Shown here in pieces: positions 12,251 through 25,411 of a DNA stretch of 64,000 nucleotides (position 1 is its first letter; each line of letters starts with the position of its first letter). Location: the NCBI GenBank assembly GCA_036172245.1, contig JAYWIR010000029.1, positions 2,480,001 to 2,544,000 of the forward strand, in the 5' to 3' direction. Position numbers and translations under genes: made by a program. A model generated the notes under the pieces. It worked only from the letters and a program-made list of their open reading frames with translations. It had not been told where the DNA came from and searched no databases. Origin of the DNA: Raillietiella orientalis. Lineage: Eukaryota.

Positions 12251-14065
12251 CGCCCTTTACGTCTAGAGATCTCCCTCGTACACCTGCTTGTTGCAGGAAC
12301 GAAGCGTCTCCAAAGAGCTACACCATCCAGGAAAATGTCAGCCTAGTGCCCTCTCAGAGGGACACGAAGCGGGAGCATCGGGGAAGAGCAGGCGCGAAGC
12401 CATCAGCCAGGCGCACCATCTTCGAGGACCTCCAAGTCGCGCGCGCCGAGGGAAGGAGAGAAAGAGCGAGGGAAAGCGGGAATGGACTCATCATCTGGAG
12501 CAGGAAGGCGACAGAACCAGTTCGCATTCTCGCGAACCTGGCTGATCGCCTGCCGCATGGCCGCCCGACCACGGTCTCCCAGGTACGCGGATTTGCGTTC
12601 AGACGGAGGTCCGTTCAGAAGAAGGTTTCTGGAGGAGGATCCAAGGAAAACAATAGATCAAATCACCGTGAGGCCCGGCCTAAAGAGAGGATCCTGCTGC
12701 TGCGTGGTCTGCAAGTCGCAACGGACTAGACGCACCTTCAGCGGAGCGCCTGGACAAGAGGACTCCCACGCTGTTCACGTGGCAGCGTGTGGGAGGAAAC
12801 TCTGTTTCCCGGCGGGTCCAGATGCTCCATTGTGTTTGCTAGGACCTGCGATCACCTTGCCTCCTCTAGGCTCTCCAGGAGCTCTGAAGGCTGGTGGTTT
12901 CTGCTGAGAAGGGATGGAGAAATGGCCTTCCGCTCCCCCATCCTGCTGCCTGGTTCGGACCGTTACGGACGCCCCTTGATTCGTTCACGTGCGTTGGAGG
13001 ACACATCAGAACTCCACGTGGATATCCACAGAACGGAACTCGAATTCATCCTCCGTCGAGGATGCCGAGATCGAACTCGGCAGTCCGTACCAAAGGAGGT
13101 GCTCAGAGACAGTCGTGGACAGCTCATTAGCGGTAGTCTGGTTGACGATCTTCCGCGGACGTGGACGTGTATAAGGGATAAGGGAGAACCCACCTCTGAG
13201 TTGATCGAATGAACAGAAACAAACGAGTTGAGATGAAGGAAGGAGGGGAGAGGAGACTGCGCACTGAAAGAACAAGTGGAAGAGGGGAAGGTTTCCCTGG
13301 AAACATCCCTCCCCCACTCGCGAAAAATCGCCCCGAAAGGGGACTGGGGTAAGGTGAGGCTGAACTCCTTGAACGTGAGTAAAATGGCAGCGGCAGGACT
13401 TCAGGAGGGACACGTCCTCACGTACCGACAAGTGGTCCAGTAAGGAAGAAACCAGGTCAGCGGTGGGATGAAGCGGAGCAACGGAGAAAATGCTGCGAGT
13501 TTCCCGGCAAGGATGCTGGAGGCAAAGCCGAAAGGAAAAGTCGTCTTCTCGCGGGAAAAGGACGTAGGAAGGTGTAGCCAGAGGAACGCTTCTACACCAA
13601 GATCACCCTTTGCAGCCCGGACGCAGGCGGAGATCTTTTTTTTCCCCGTGACCTTGTCATCAGTATCATTTCGGTGACCTTGAACCTTTCACTCTTTGCC
13701 TTTTAGCAGGAAACGTCCTTGAGGGCACGTGCTCCCAAACTCCTCTCGAGCTCGCGTCTTCCGCCTCTCAGACCTCTCAGAGACTCCTCTACTTTGACCC
13801 CGACTCATCCCGGAGAAGAAATCCATCCCCAGGCAGTCCAGCCACCAACCCGAAGAGAGCATCGAGTACGAGACGGCGTTCGAATGCCTCCAGGGCTCTC
13901 CACAAATGGAATACAAAAATTCCTAGAAATGAAGGATGCGTTTTCTTCCCTCCTGCCCTTTTCCTTCTCCCTACGCCCCCTTCCCTCGCCCCGGGCGTAC
14001 CCGGGTGGCAACGCCCCCTTCCCTCGCAAAAAGCACCCGATCACTGTCCAGGGCCTGCTGTTTGA

Positions 14066-14877
14066 GGGCCCGCGTCGGAGGCTTTGTGGTTAAGGCTTCC
14101 GCGCGTGGCACCTTGCGCCGCGGGTTCGAATAATCCGGCAGGAAAGTGACGCCACTGCGTCGTTGGGTTCCGAGTTTCTCCTGCAATGGCGCTGGTTGGC
14201 TGACATTCGGCGTGGCACCGGCGGTGGTTTAAGCTGGAGACCCCCGATGAAGACCGGAACAATGGGAGTCGATCTTCGGGTCCTTCCAGGAATCAAGTAG
14301 TGGGGAGTTCCCCTCCGTTCATACAACAGAGAGCGGACCCCCCACACCGAGGGACCCCTCCGGTTCGTTCAAGATGGAGCAGGAGCCTTCATAGGGACCT
14401 CTCCAGTTGTTAAAGGAGCGTACCCATCGTTGTGGAGGGGCCCTCCGAATCGTGCTACGAAGCAGATGCGTCGCCACCTCTCCAGAGATTGTAAGGAAGC
14501 AAGCGAGAGCGATCCCCTCCGGGGAAGCAGCGCGCTTCATCTGAAATTTTAGAAGCGTCCCTTCGAGGTTCTGTTCAGAGGAGTGAACAGGAGCGATTCC
14601 TTTGCGGGTTCCCTTAAGGGAAGATGAAATGGAGAAGACCCCCCTTCCTCCCGGGTTCTGTTCCTCCGGAGAGAATGAGGAAGGAGATTCCCTTCTGAGT
14701 TACCCTTCGGAGATAACCAGGGTGGGAGGTGCGATCCCCCCTCCCGGGGGACTCCCTCCCCAAGCGTGAGTGGAACGGACTCCGAGCCCTTCCTGGATTC
14801 ATAGGGCGGACCCCCCATCCCGGGGTGTCCCCCTATCTTGAAGAATTACACTCACCCTCCGCGGGTGGCGTGGAAGC
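14066..14877 (+). mobile_element. tRNA-headed SINE-like family, apparently full-length copy
   Basis: Head GGCCCGCGTCGGAGGCTTTGTGGTTAAGGC and B-box GGTTCGAAT (14123); body blocks gggtccttccaggaatca and ttcctggattcatag shared among copies; end CACCCTCCGCGGGTGGCGTGGAA. Confidence 0.75.
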
Positions 14878-15771
14878 GATCTCCGGAAGGAGAGGGAGGA
14901 TCGAGGGTGGCATTTTGTTCCTGGGTGGGAAAGAAGCATACGGAAGGAAAGCGAGCCAAAAACGTAACAGGTGGACCCGTAGAGTCCAACTCCTTCCAGA
15001 AAGGCGACAACTCAGAAGAGTGGCACTCAGAGAGAATGGGGAAAGGCAAGGCAGGAACGTAGGGATTCGTTTTGGGGAAACGTGGCGGGTGGGATCATGG
15101 AGGATTCCTTCCCGGAAAAACCGCCGCAGGCGCGCGCAGACAGACCAGGAGGCGGGAGCGCCTGGAAGGAACTCCCAGGCGCTCCCACGCCAGCAAGGCT
15201 GCCGGCGCGCCTGGAAGCGGAGTACGCCAACAGGAGCGAGAGCTCTGCTTCTGCGAGAAAGGGAACGTGCTCTTCTCAAGTGCCAAGGGAAGCAGAGGGA
15301 GATCTCAGTTCCCGGAGTAGTACCGCCGGAGAGGCAGAAGTGTTTCCGGAAGATTCGTGGACCACGTTACAGGAAGAGAGCCACTGGCGCAGCGGAATCA
15401 ACGTGGTCCTCTCGTCCGGCTTCATTATCCGTTCCACACATCCTTGTACAGAGGAGGGGAAGGGGAAATTTCCGGAAGCACCTCGCCCTGGAGGAACTTC
15501 CGTAATCCGGGCGACCGTACGTGGATCTCTCTTGGCTTCTCGTGTCGGTAGGACCTCCCTAACGAGCAAGCGGCTTGAAAGTAGCTCGGATCCCTATCAG
15601 GACCCTCCTTGGTCCTTTTCGAGATCCAGGAGTCCTCTATCCCACCGGGTTGCTAACCAGGTTCCCCATGTCGGGAGAACAGTGTCTCGGGGCTAGTGAC
15701 CCGTGGCATATCAGGTCTCTGGACGCGAGGCACTGGTGGTTGACCTCTGAGACCCCAACTCGAGACTTGCA

Positions 15772-15836
15772 GATCTCCCTCTTCTCCTTCATCTGCGCCT
15801 AGAAGAAAGGTGCAGATGAAGGAGAAGAGGGAGATC
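15772..15836. repeat. Perfect 25-bp inverted repeat (hairpin)
   Basis: GATCTCCCTCTTCTCCTTCATCTGC (15772-15796) is the exact reverse complement of 15812-15836. Confidence 0.95.
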
Positions 15837-16682
15837 CTTTTTCCTTATCCTCCTGTTTCCTTCGAAAGGCCACCTTCTGAGGTCTCACTCCCTCTTCCTG
15901 TGAGGGAGTCCCATCGAAGTCACAAACGCCTTACTGAAAACCACATCCCTTTCTCCTCCTCCACTTCTTAACTCATCCTTCTCCTTCATACTTCCTCTTG
16001 CTCCCCTCCTCTTCCTTTCCTCCTCCTCCCGCTCCCGTTTTCGCCTTTTCCGCGAGGCTCCAGAGTACTCTGGGACGGCGCCGCTTGCAGCAAGTGGGGA
16101 CCTTTCGATCACTCCTTTCGCCCCCTTCTTTCGCGGACCCCGGCGGTGCTCTGAGGCACGGACATCTACGGAAAACCCCTCTTTCTTCCTCCTTCCCCCT
16201 TCTGTCACCCCGCTTGGACCGGACGAACCTGCAGAAGGCAGTCTGCTCCTTCTTGCCTTGACGCTTTCGCCGGAATGACAAGGAGTGTGAAAACAGTGGA
16301 TTGGGTGGGCACACAGTGAGAAAGGCGAGAGAGTTGGGCTCGTGTGATCCGACTGAGTGGATGAGGACACGCACACTACTTCCCAATTCAGGAGGGGTGA
16401 CCTTTTCTCAAAGGAAACGGGTGCACCCTTCGTGAAGGCGGAAGGAAGCGAAGCCGAGCTGGGGGGATCCAAGAAGAAAGGAAGGAGCAGAAGCAGGAAA
16501 CAGATGGCGCTGCCATCTGTGCGCGTCTCGCAAAAGGGATCTCCTTTTCTTCTCCCCCCATCTGCTGGGTGAACCGCTGATCCCGGAAGGGCAAATGCTG
16601 CTCGAGGAGCAAAAAGGACGAGAGGGAGGAGTGCAGAAGAGATGGACTATTTCCGGGAAGGTCGATGCAGCGGGCTACTTAC

Positions 16683-16829
16683 GTTTGGCGCAGGCCACCC
16701 AGTCGATCACGATGGGATGGTTCCGGTCGCACTCGCACCTACGGGAGGTGACGTTGCAGAAGCTGAACTGGATGTGGTCGCTGCAGCCCGTGACGCAGGC
16801 GTCCCCGATATAGAAGCCGAGGTTCCCCT
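16683..16829 (-). CDS. Exon 2, EB-like Cys-rich module 1
   Basis: Acceptor ttccag, donor GTAAGT, 147 nt, phase 1-1, open frame: GNLGFYIGDACVTGCSDHIQFSFCNVTSRRCECDRNHPIVIDWVACAK (6 Cys). Confidence 0.85.
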
Positions 16830-18414
16830 CTGGAACAAGATGGGCTCGTGTTTTAAATCTTTCCAGTTCCCCCGGGCGACGCGCGTGCCGCCTTTTTCTT
16901 CGAACTCCCCTCCTCTTCCAGATCCGCGCGTCTGGTCTCCCCTGGGCAACCCCTCTTGTCCAGGAGACGTCTAGAAGCAACATTTCCTTCATCCCTTTGG
17001 AGGAAAGGATTCGGAGGAAGCGACGGGCATCCGAAGAGGGGAAACCCGGTTTCTCTATTCTCCCGAAAAGGGAAGTTTGGAAGGGGGGAGGGAAGGATGG
17101 GGGAACGGGACGGTCAAGAGAGGTCACGGGCGCGATTCCCGAGGAAGAGAATACCCGTAGGAGATCTGTCGCGTTAATTCGAAGCGCGTCCTTGCCTCAC
17201 GTGGACGCTCTCTCATCTTCCTCACGCGGAGCGTTCTCGGTGGGACGGAGCTTCGCTCAGGCGCTTCGGAAGATCTCGGGCGTCCAGCTCCTCCACCGTC
17301 CCCCGGTGAGAACTGCCGTCCCGAACCGGGTGGGTCGCAGCTAAAGGCCTCTGACCTCGGATTTGTTTCTTCTGCTCCTTCGAGGTCTCCTTCCCTCTTT
17401 TTCCCGCCGGCGCTGATGGGTCTCCGTAGCTCTTCGGGATTCTTTGGTCTGCCCGAAGGACGAAGGCGGCAACGGACGACTTCCGGGTCTTCGGGATCCA
17501 AGAGACGGGAATTAGAAATTCCCTCGAGAAGGAGGAGCATGGAGAAGAGAGAAAGAGAACGCTCGAACGCACGGCACCTCCGGGGACAGGGCAGAGGAAC
17601 CTTCAGATGACGCGGAGAGAAGAGTCAGGTTAAGATGGTGGCGGCAACCCCGCCGCTTCGAAGTCGGCCTCGCAGCGGAGACACTGCTGCCCGGATCCCT
17701 CCCTTCATTCTGGATGCTCTGGGCCCTGGCCCCATCGACCAGGATTACGGAAGCGAACTCTTGCAGGAACCCTGCGTCCCTCAGGATCTCTCTGCGACGC
17801 GCTCCATCGCAGCTTTCCGCCGACTTTTTGATCGCGGATCGACGGTTCCACTCTCGGAACGTTGGGAGGAGAAGGAGCAGGAAAAAAGATGGCTGCCATC
17901 AGGGGCAAGTCTCGAGAAAGGGCGCTCCTTTACTTCCCCGATGCAGAAGTCCTGCTGTAAACAGGTGAGCTTGGTCACGAGAGCAGCGCCAGGGGCCTGC
18001 GGACTTGAGCGATGGCCACCTATCCTCAGATGCGGAAGTCACGTGCGTCGCTCACGTCATCGCTTTTCCAAACGTTTACGGCTGCGTCGGTTCTCCGTGT
18101 AACGAGAACAAGGCCAGCATGAACCGCTTATAAGGGAAGTCAGTGGTCAGTCGGGACGGCAGTTTTCCCTTGGAGAGCCCGCAACCCATGCTGGGGCACC
18201 CGCGCTTTCTCCGGCACTCTTCGCCGCTGCAAAAGCCGGAGGCGATAGACGTGACCGAACTGCCTTGGCGTTCCAATCGCGAACTTGAGCTCCGCCTCAG
18301 CTTTCAGCCTCCCACTGCCTGTGGTACAGCGCGCCCAAAGATTCTTTGCTTCCAGCTTCCCTCCAATGCGACGGCACGCTCGTAAGGTCCCCGTGGGTTC
18401 CTACGACGTCCGGT

Positions 18415-18678
18415 TCAGAATCCATCAAAGAGAAACACGTGTGCTTATTCTACATAATTAATACATAGATTTATTCTAACATGTACAGTTATTCATATTT
18501 TTTCAACATACATGTGTTATTAATGGTAATATTATTGGAATAGATACATTTATTAACGTTGAGTGACGTGCACTTTCTTAATGAAATGAATAAGTTGTTG
18601 ATTACACTTTTGATGTCTATACATATATTAAAGATTATAAGATCATAATTATATCTGCTTATTATATACATTTATAGG
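18415..18678 (+). repeat. AT-rich interspersed repeat, copy 3
   Basis: catcaaagagaaacacgtgtgcttattctacat ... taagttgttgattacacttttgatg. Confidence 0.85.
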
Positions 18679-21600
18679 AAAATTTTTACGTGGATATCAT
18701 TCTGCCTGTGAAGCTCGCATGTTGCATGTCTTCCTGTGCGCGACTGCTTTACCCCTTGATCCCTGTGTGACTTCCCGAAGACAGAGGTATCTGGAGAAAA
18801 GCTGACACTGCCTCTGCACGCGACAAGAATCTCGGAGTCAGGGAGGCAGGGGGGGGAGGTACGGTGATTTCTTCGGAAGCCAACGGAGCTGAAACTCCAT
18901 CGTGCCTTGATGCCCATTCGGAAGCTGCGCAAACTCTCATTTCCTGCTCCCACGCTCTCACAATTCTCCTCCCGCAGTTTCACGAAGACGGTTGCTTCGA
19001 GCGAAGGAGATGAGCGAAAGCGAACGTCGCCCCTTTCTTCTGGGTTCTGACGGCGGGGACCGATTGAGAAAAGTTTTTCGCTGCTCCGCGCTGGCACTCG
19101 CTCTGTGGAGATGGAATCAACCGCTCCCATTCGGATCCTACCAGGAGCAAGCACATTCCGTCAATAGAGCCAGCACAGCCCGGAAGAAACCATCAGCAAA
19201 AATCCAACAGTCTCCGCAAAGCGGTTTCTTCTACGGCGAGGAAGACATGAACTGAGAGACCTAATTAGCGTCGTGTCAGGAAAAATTGGCTGGCTGGCAA
19301 GAGAAATTACGGGAGAGCTTTGCAGACGCCTATCGATTCCTCGTCAGGACGCAGTGGGTTTTGGAACGATTCATTCCCGCTGGCGAATGGGAGTGTTGTC
19401 CAGAGGCCGAAACTGTTTCCCTGCGTAGTCGCGGAAGAAGAACGCAAGGACATGGAGAGAGACGTCAGCGAGCAGAACGTGGGTGGCTCTCAGAGGGTGA
19501 GGAAATCCCGAATCAGGATGGCGGGACGGGGATTGTCATCTCTTGAGAGGATGATGAAGCAAGTAGGAATCGGACCCCTCGCGGATGCAGCAGGGGGTGA
19601 ATTCGAGATGCTCGCGGCATCTAGCCGACGGGAAGAGTCGAGCCAGAGCAAATGAAGAGAATGAAGGAAACGGTAACTCGAAGCAGGGGCAAATCATGGA
19701 CCACCGCGCGCGTTTCCGAGCGGCCTCGCAGCAGCGGCAGCACTCCACTCCTTCGACTCGCCGCCGTGACTTCGCTGTCATAGCTCGCCGAAGAGGCGCG
19801 TGTTCATCCCAAGTCAGGTGCACACCAAACTTGGCTATGCATTTGGCGCGGATCAAAAGCTATGAGCGAGGTAGCGAACCAGAATTGCCAAAAACGACCC
19901 AAAGGAGCTTCTGCTCTTTCCAGAAAACACACGTGGTAGTGTTTTCCAAGCGATCCGAAACACAGTTTACGGCTGCATGTTTTTTGCTGAAGTGCATGGC
20001 AGATGTTACTTTCTCATTGGCTTTAGACAGCCCCTCGACGTTGTGCTCGGGACCTCACAGAAACATCAAACGTCACCTATCGCTCTGTCACTCTTGGAAG
20101 CTCAGAACAACCAAAGGCCTCCACCATCGATGCGGAGATTTCGAGCGTTCAAAAGGAACACCCTCCGAGAGAGAAAGAGGAAGCTCTGGATTGTCCACCC
20201 ATCTGCCAAGTTTGGTCCATCATTTGGTGGAACGTTCGTCACCCTTCCTCTCCGCAAAACTCTCGCGCCTACTGCAGCAAGGAAACTCCAGCAGTGCATG
20301 CGCAAGCCCGATGTTGCTTGCAAAAAAGAGCTGGTACACCTTGTCTAGAGACCAACGTTTCCGCAATGAGACCTTTCAAGACACATTCACAAGAACTAGA
20401 TGGTGGGCCTGTGTCCATCTATCCCATCAAAGTCCCTGAGAATAGCACTGAAACCTCGCCGGGGCCCTTTCTGATAGAAGAAGAAGAGACTCTAGGCGTG
20501 TTTTCCAGTCTGGTCTTTCCAAAGGGAGGCCGTATACAAATTTTTGTCAGCAAAAGAGCTGACTTGCCTGAGGAGTGTAGGTCAATGGCGGCAGCAAAGG
20601 ACGATAAAAAAAAACCGTCTTTTGTTGCTGTGGCCTGAGAGCTAGATTGCAAGCAGAACCAAAGATCACAACTGTTTCCGATGTGATCGTCCCAGGGAAT
20701 GCAAGGACACAAGAGCAAACCTGCATTCTAGATCTCCTGGAGATGAAGCAGAACGCTCAAAACTACTCCCTTCAGAAAATCTTGTGATGCTTCACAGCGT
20801 TCATCCATCCGTCTCTCCAATTAGATTCTCTCTTCGCTTCCCTGCCTGTGAACATCCCAGCAATCTACCTTTCCGCCACTTTTCTTCTTCTGATAGTCCT
20901 CTTGTGAGCCTATTTCATCTTTGCAAGCGGAAGAAGCTGAGAGTTCTTTCTTTGGAGATCTTTCCAAACTTCGTTCAAGTGTGCCAAGCGGTTGTCTCCC
21001 TGGTTGTAGGTCATTTGAAACCTAAGCCACTTTTTCTCTTACAACCAGCCTTTCGGAAGTCAAAAGGGACATCCCGAATTCGGACCACATGAAGCGTGAA
21101 CTCAGCCGTGAAGATATGACGGAACAGGATACTGGAAGCATGTCGATAACCCTCTCTGGTCTCTGGCGCATTGCGGTGAACCACCATCCTGGAAGCCTCT
21201 CTTCAGAAGACTAACAGTCCCGGCAGGGTGGATGCCCTTTTCGTGTTGAGGGAATGACTATCTCGAGTGTCTCACGTGCCAGATCTCTCCAGACAGCAGC
21301 TTCGAGACTCCCGGGTACCCCTTGAGTGTCCCCGCGGATTCAGTATCGGCGGAACTAATGGCACGGAATCTGCCCTCGACAGAGAGACTACGTGCAGGGG
21401 ACAGAGCGGATCGCATGAGGAGGAGGGAAGGGAAGGGCAGGGAAGGTTCGTCGCTGAGATCAGAAGCTCAGAGATCAGGGAGCGTGAGAGATGATGCGAG
21501 GGAGGGAGGAGACTCCGCAGAGATGCTTTGTTCCGACAGGCTTATCGGGTAGCTCAAAAGGGATTCTCTGGAAGCACAGGACGAGCCAGCCACACTCAGA

Positions 21601-24600
21601 AGGTTTCAGGACTCCTGGAGATCGCTTGTGGAAGAGGCGTGAACCCTTCTATTTTATGTTCAATAAATAAAGAACTCCTTCTATTGGTAATGGGAAGCAC
21701 GCGAAAGAATGATGAAAACTGCATCTGGAGAGGCGCAGTTGGAAGCCATTTCTCTGAGGAAAGGAAGATGAAAGGACAAGGGACCCGAGACCGTTTGGAA
21801 CTGCTCCACAAAGGACTTGCGCGCCCTGGCTGTTCGGGAGAACGATGGGGTAGGGAAAATGTAGGGTACGAAAACGGGAGTCTGCGCCAAACCATGACGA
21901 ATTCTGGAGCTAACAGTCCAAGAAAAAGGAAGGATTTGCTGGCGAAAGGTATGTCTGCACTAGTCTAAGTGCCTAGAAAAAACAAGTGCAGGAGGAATTG
22001 AAAGCCAGAGACACTGAGGCAGAGGAACGAAGGCGCTGAAAGTGGTTCGATTCCTCGAATATTAGAAGCTACGAGGTCGGTTTGGCTACAAGGATTCTCG
22101 GTTGACGATGTTCACAGAACAAGGAAGCGAAGGAGTGATGTCCGAATTCTCCCCAGTAGAGGGTGGAGCACCTCGCAGGATTCATTCTTCTCTACTTCCT
22201 CCCTCTCTTCTTCAGAAATCAGGAGGTGATCCCATGAACCCTAATGAAGCGTTTTGTGTGGTAAGCACGGAACATCATTCGTGGACCCCGAAATCCTTCT
22301 TCCTGTCCTGTATTCTTCCTCCGGAAGGTATCATCACAACCGCCAGGTTACTTTTCACCGAGGGAATCCTTCGTTCTCTTCCTCATATCTTGTGGCGTGC
22401 TTTACTTGGGATCCCTTCTTTTTCCAAAGGAGAACAGCACTTCCTCCGCATTCAAGATGGAAAGAACTGCTTCGGGAAGCCATGGTGAGACTCACATCCA
22501 GATTCAGTATCCTCTCAATTCTGGATTGGAGGGAAGGTGTAGAAGGAGCACTTGGACTTTCGTTCCCCTTACTGTAGTTCGCATCTTCGTTCGGAACGGG
22601 AGAGGCGGACGGCGATAACCGAAGAGGAAAATCCCGCCCCGTTTTCTCCTCCGTAGAAGCCCCTGCAAACCAAACCATCCTTCGAAAATGCCGCGTCGCA
22701 GCAGACGAAGCCGTTAGTGTCACCACTGGAAAGTATCCGCTAGTTCAACCATTCCTCTGAGTGGAGAGAAATGGATTCATCCATAGCCTTGAAGGCTTCC
22801 AGACCTCCTCGACGTCGTGAGTTTCCAGCTCTCCAGTCCACGTTAGCAGATGATCCATCCCTAAAGGCCCCACTTCCATTCTTGAAAGATTGCCCGAGTG
22901 TTGTGAAGAGTACCTCGTCGCACAACACTCCGGCGGGTGTGCACACAACAACGCCGTTGCCATCGCTCAAACATCGATCATCCGTCGAGAGCGTTCGCAA
23001 CCAGGAGAGAGGAAGGCCTGGTGACGGAATTGACTACCGGAAATTCCTCATGGTGGTGTTCCAAGGTGCTTGTCTTCTTTGTGCCCGTGGAATAATCAAA
23101 AAGCGGATTGTGAGCACGCTTGCTCTCCGTCAGCTAGCACACCTCTGGACCTGTCAGAACCGACCTTCCATAACAGGTTGGAATCAGCTCAGTGTGTATC
23201 GAGTGTCAGGTCAGTGTGACCTCCGTCCTCATTCCTTTCGAACTCTCTCTTTCCTCATTCCTATTCCTTTCGGTTCGGTTTCACACGGAAGAAGAATCTT
23301 TGCGGCAACCGGATCGATGAATCGAGTGCTCCCGGCGCAAGCGCGCTGACACATATTGCATGAACTCTCGCAACAGCTGGAGCTCCGATTCGTGGCTTTG
23401 GGAGAGACGAAGAGCACATCCCGAACTTAAGCGGCTCGCGGCTGGATGCAGAAGTGCTCCAGAAACGATGGTCATGGAAAGAGAGAGGCAAGAACGACTG
23501 GGATGTGGAAAAGGAAACTGCCGTGAGTGAAGGGAGAAAAAAGGACTCTTCGAGGCCGGCTAGCAGGGAGCAACTTTATCTCGGGCCTTCCAAGAAGAAA
23601 GCCCTAGGGAGGGGTTTTCTTTCTCTTCTTGAAGAGATCGAGAGGCTATGGACCACTCGGCAAGCAAGAAACAGGCGTAACCACGCAAGCAGGGTTCACT
23701 GGGAACCAAAGAGAGCATGAACTCCTCTCGCGTCAAACGAAAGCGAGCAGCAGGTGCCCAAGATGAGTCTCCTTCGCTTTCTTCTCTGCTGATGCTGCTT
23801 GCTTGCAAGGTCTCCTTGCGGATTGACCCCGTGAGTTCCTTTCCTTTCGCCTCAGCATCTGAGAGCAGTGGTCTGAAGCAAGGATCTCAAGCTACCTCTC
23901 CTCCTAAAGGACAATCAACGTTCAAGGAAAAGACGTAAACGAGTCTGTGCGCTTCTTGTTTCCCATACATTATCCTAGATGAGTTGCCACCGTTAGGATG
24001 CGCTTCACGGTGGCTCCCGGTTGGGTCCGCTGTATCCAAAGGCAGAAGAGTGGCGGGCCACCTTTGCACCGTACAGCCACACAAGTGGAGCGCGTTCCCT
24101 GGTCACGGTCACGGCTCACCGTTGCTGCCGTGGATGAGGAGTTGAAAGCACGCGGAAACGGAATCGCTGCCCGCGGGGATCCATCCTCAGCCACCGTCCT
24201 CTTGGACCTCACGCGCCAAGTCAGCTCCCTCGTCGTCTCACCGATCGGCATGGTGAGGACCGTTCCGCGAGTGAGACTGTAGGCAGGTTTGGAAACGACA
24301 CCGTGCTGGTCTCCCGGAACGGGAAGCGAGAGTCGGCTCGGGGAGCTTGCGGAAGAGGATCAGCTGCTCTGTCAGTCAGATTCTCCTCCCCCCCTCGCTC
24401 TTGCGTTCCCCTTCATCTGGGGTTCTCCCCGGGACAAGGGAGAATCGTTCTTTCCTGACTCACTTGCCATTCGCTCCACCGCCAAGAACTTCCTTCAGAA
24501 GTAAATCAGGCGGCCACCACTGAGACGATGGAAATCCTTTGGGTTCTTTTTTTGTCTTCGCTGTTTTATTTCCCGCTTTTTTTTTTTTCCGAGTTTTCTT

Positions 24601-24666
24601 TTTTTTGATTTGCTGAGTACCTCAATAGACATCGCGTGCCTCGCGGCCCACGCAGCTCTTTCACTC

Positions 24667-25411
24667 TGTTCCATTCCACCCAAGGGTGCGCTCAATTCTT
24701 CAAGATAGGGAGCCCGGGAGGGGCCCTTCCTATGAATCCAGGAAGAAATCAGAGTCCCATTCCTCTCACGCCTTGGGAGGTTCCCTCAAGGGAACCTTCA
24801 CCCTGGTTGTCTCCGAAGGGGAACTTCGAAGGGAATCTCTTCCCTTATTCTCTCCGGAGGGACCTCCTAAGGGGTCTGCTCCACTTTTTCTTCTTCAAAG
24901 GAAATCCGGAAAGGATCCGCTAGTAGGAATTTCTTCTCCGGAAGAAATCCCTGCAAGGGAACCGCTCCTGTCTGCTCCTCTGAAGAGAACCTCGAAGGGA
25001 TGCTCTCGAAATCCAGAAGGGCGCTGCTTCCCCGAAGGGATTGGCTCGCTTCTCTGCACTCTCTGGAGAGGTGGCTACACACCTACTCCATCAGTGCGAC
25101 GCAGAGGGTCCATCCGGAATGAGAGGTCCGCTCTCCTTTGCACAACCGGAGGGAAAGAACTTTCCACTCCTTGATTCCTGGAAGAACCCGGAGGTCGACT
25201 CCCATTGTCCCGCCCACTCGCCCTCGGGAGCATCCGGTTTGAATCGTTACCAGTGCTGCACCCGAATATTTGTAGGTCAACCAGCGTCATCTTGCAGGAG
25301 GAACTCGGAACCCACGACGCACAGCGTCGATTTCTATCGGAGTAAACTCGCGATGCTTGGTGGTGCCACGCGCAGAGACCACCGTTAACCACAAAGCCTC
25401 TGACGCGGGCA
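24667..25411 (-). mobile_element. tRNA-headed SINE-like family, apparently full-length copy
   Basis: Minus-strand head GCCCGCGTCAGAGGCTTTGTGGTTAA; colinear with 14066-14877; end GCGCACCCTTGGGTGGAATGGAAC. Confidence 0.75.

Noticed and set aside
12666..12750. Extra host exon (APLKVRLVRC...)
   Set aside because: Ends in phase 0, and exons 2 and 3 already join seamlessly
15340..15430. Kelch-like string DSWTTLQEESHWRSGINVV
   Set aside because: Single isolated match without the GG/Y motif or further repeats
6040..18678. One 12.6-kb TIR transposon bounded by inverted AT-rich repeats
   Set aside because: It would enclose two in-frame host exons; independent termini are more parsimonious
23970..24330. 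Extra host exon with furin-like RVRSKR and a GTGAGC donor
   Set aside because: Splice phases do not fit the phase-1 flanking exons with any good acceptor
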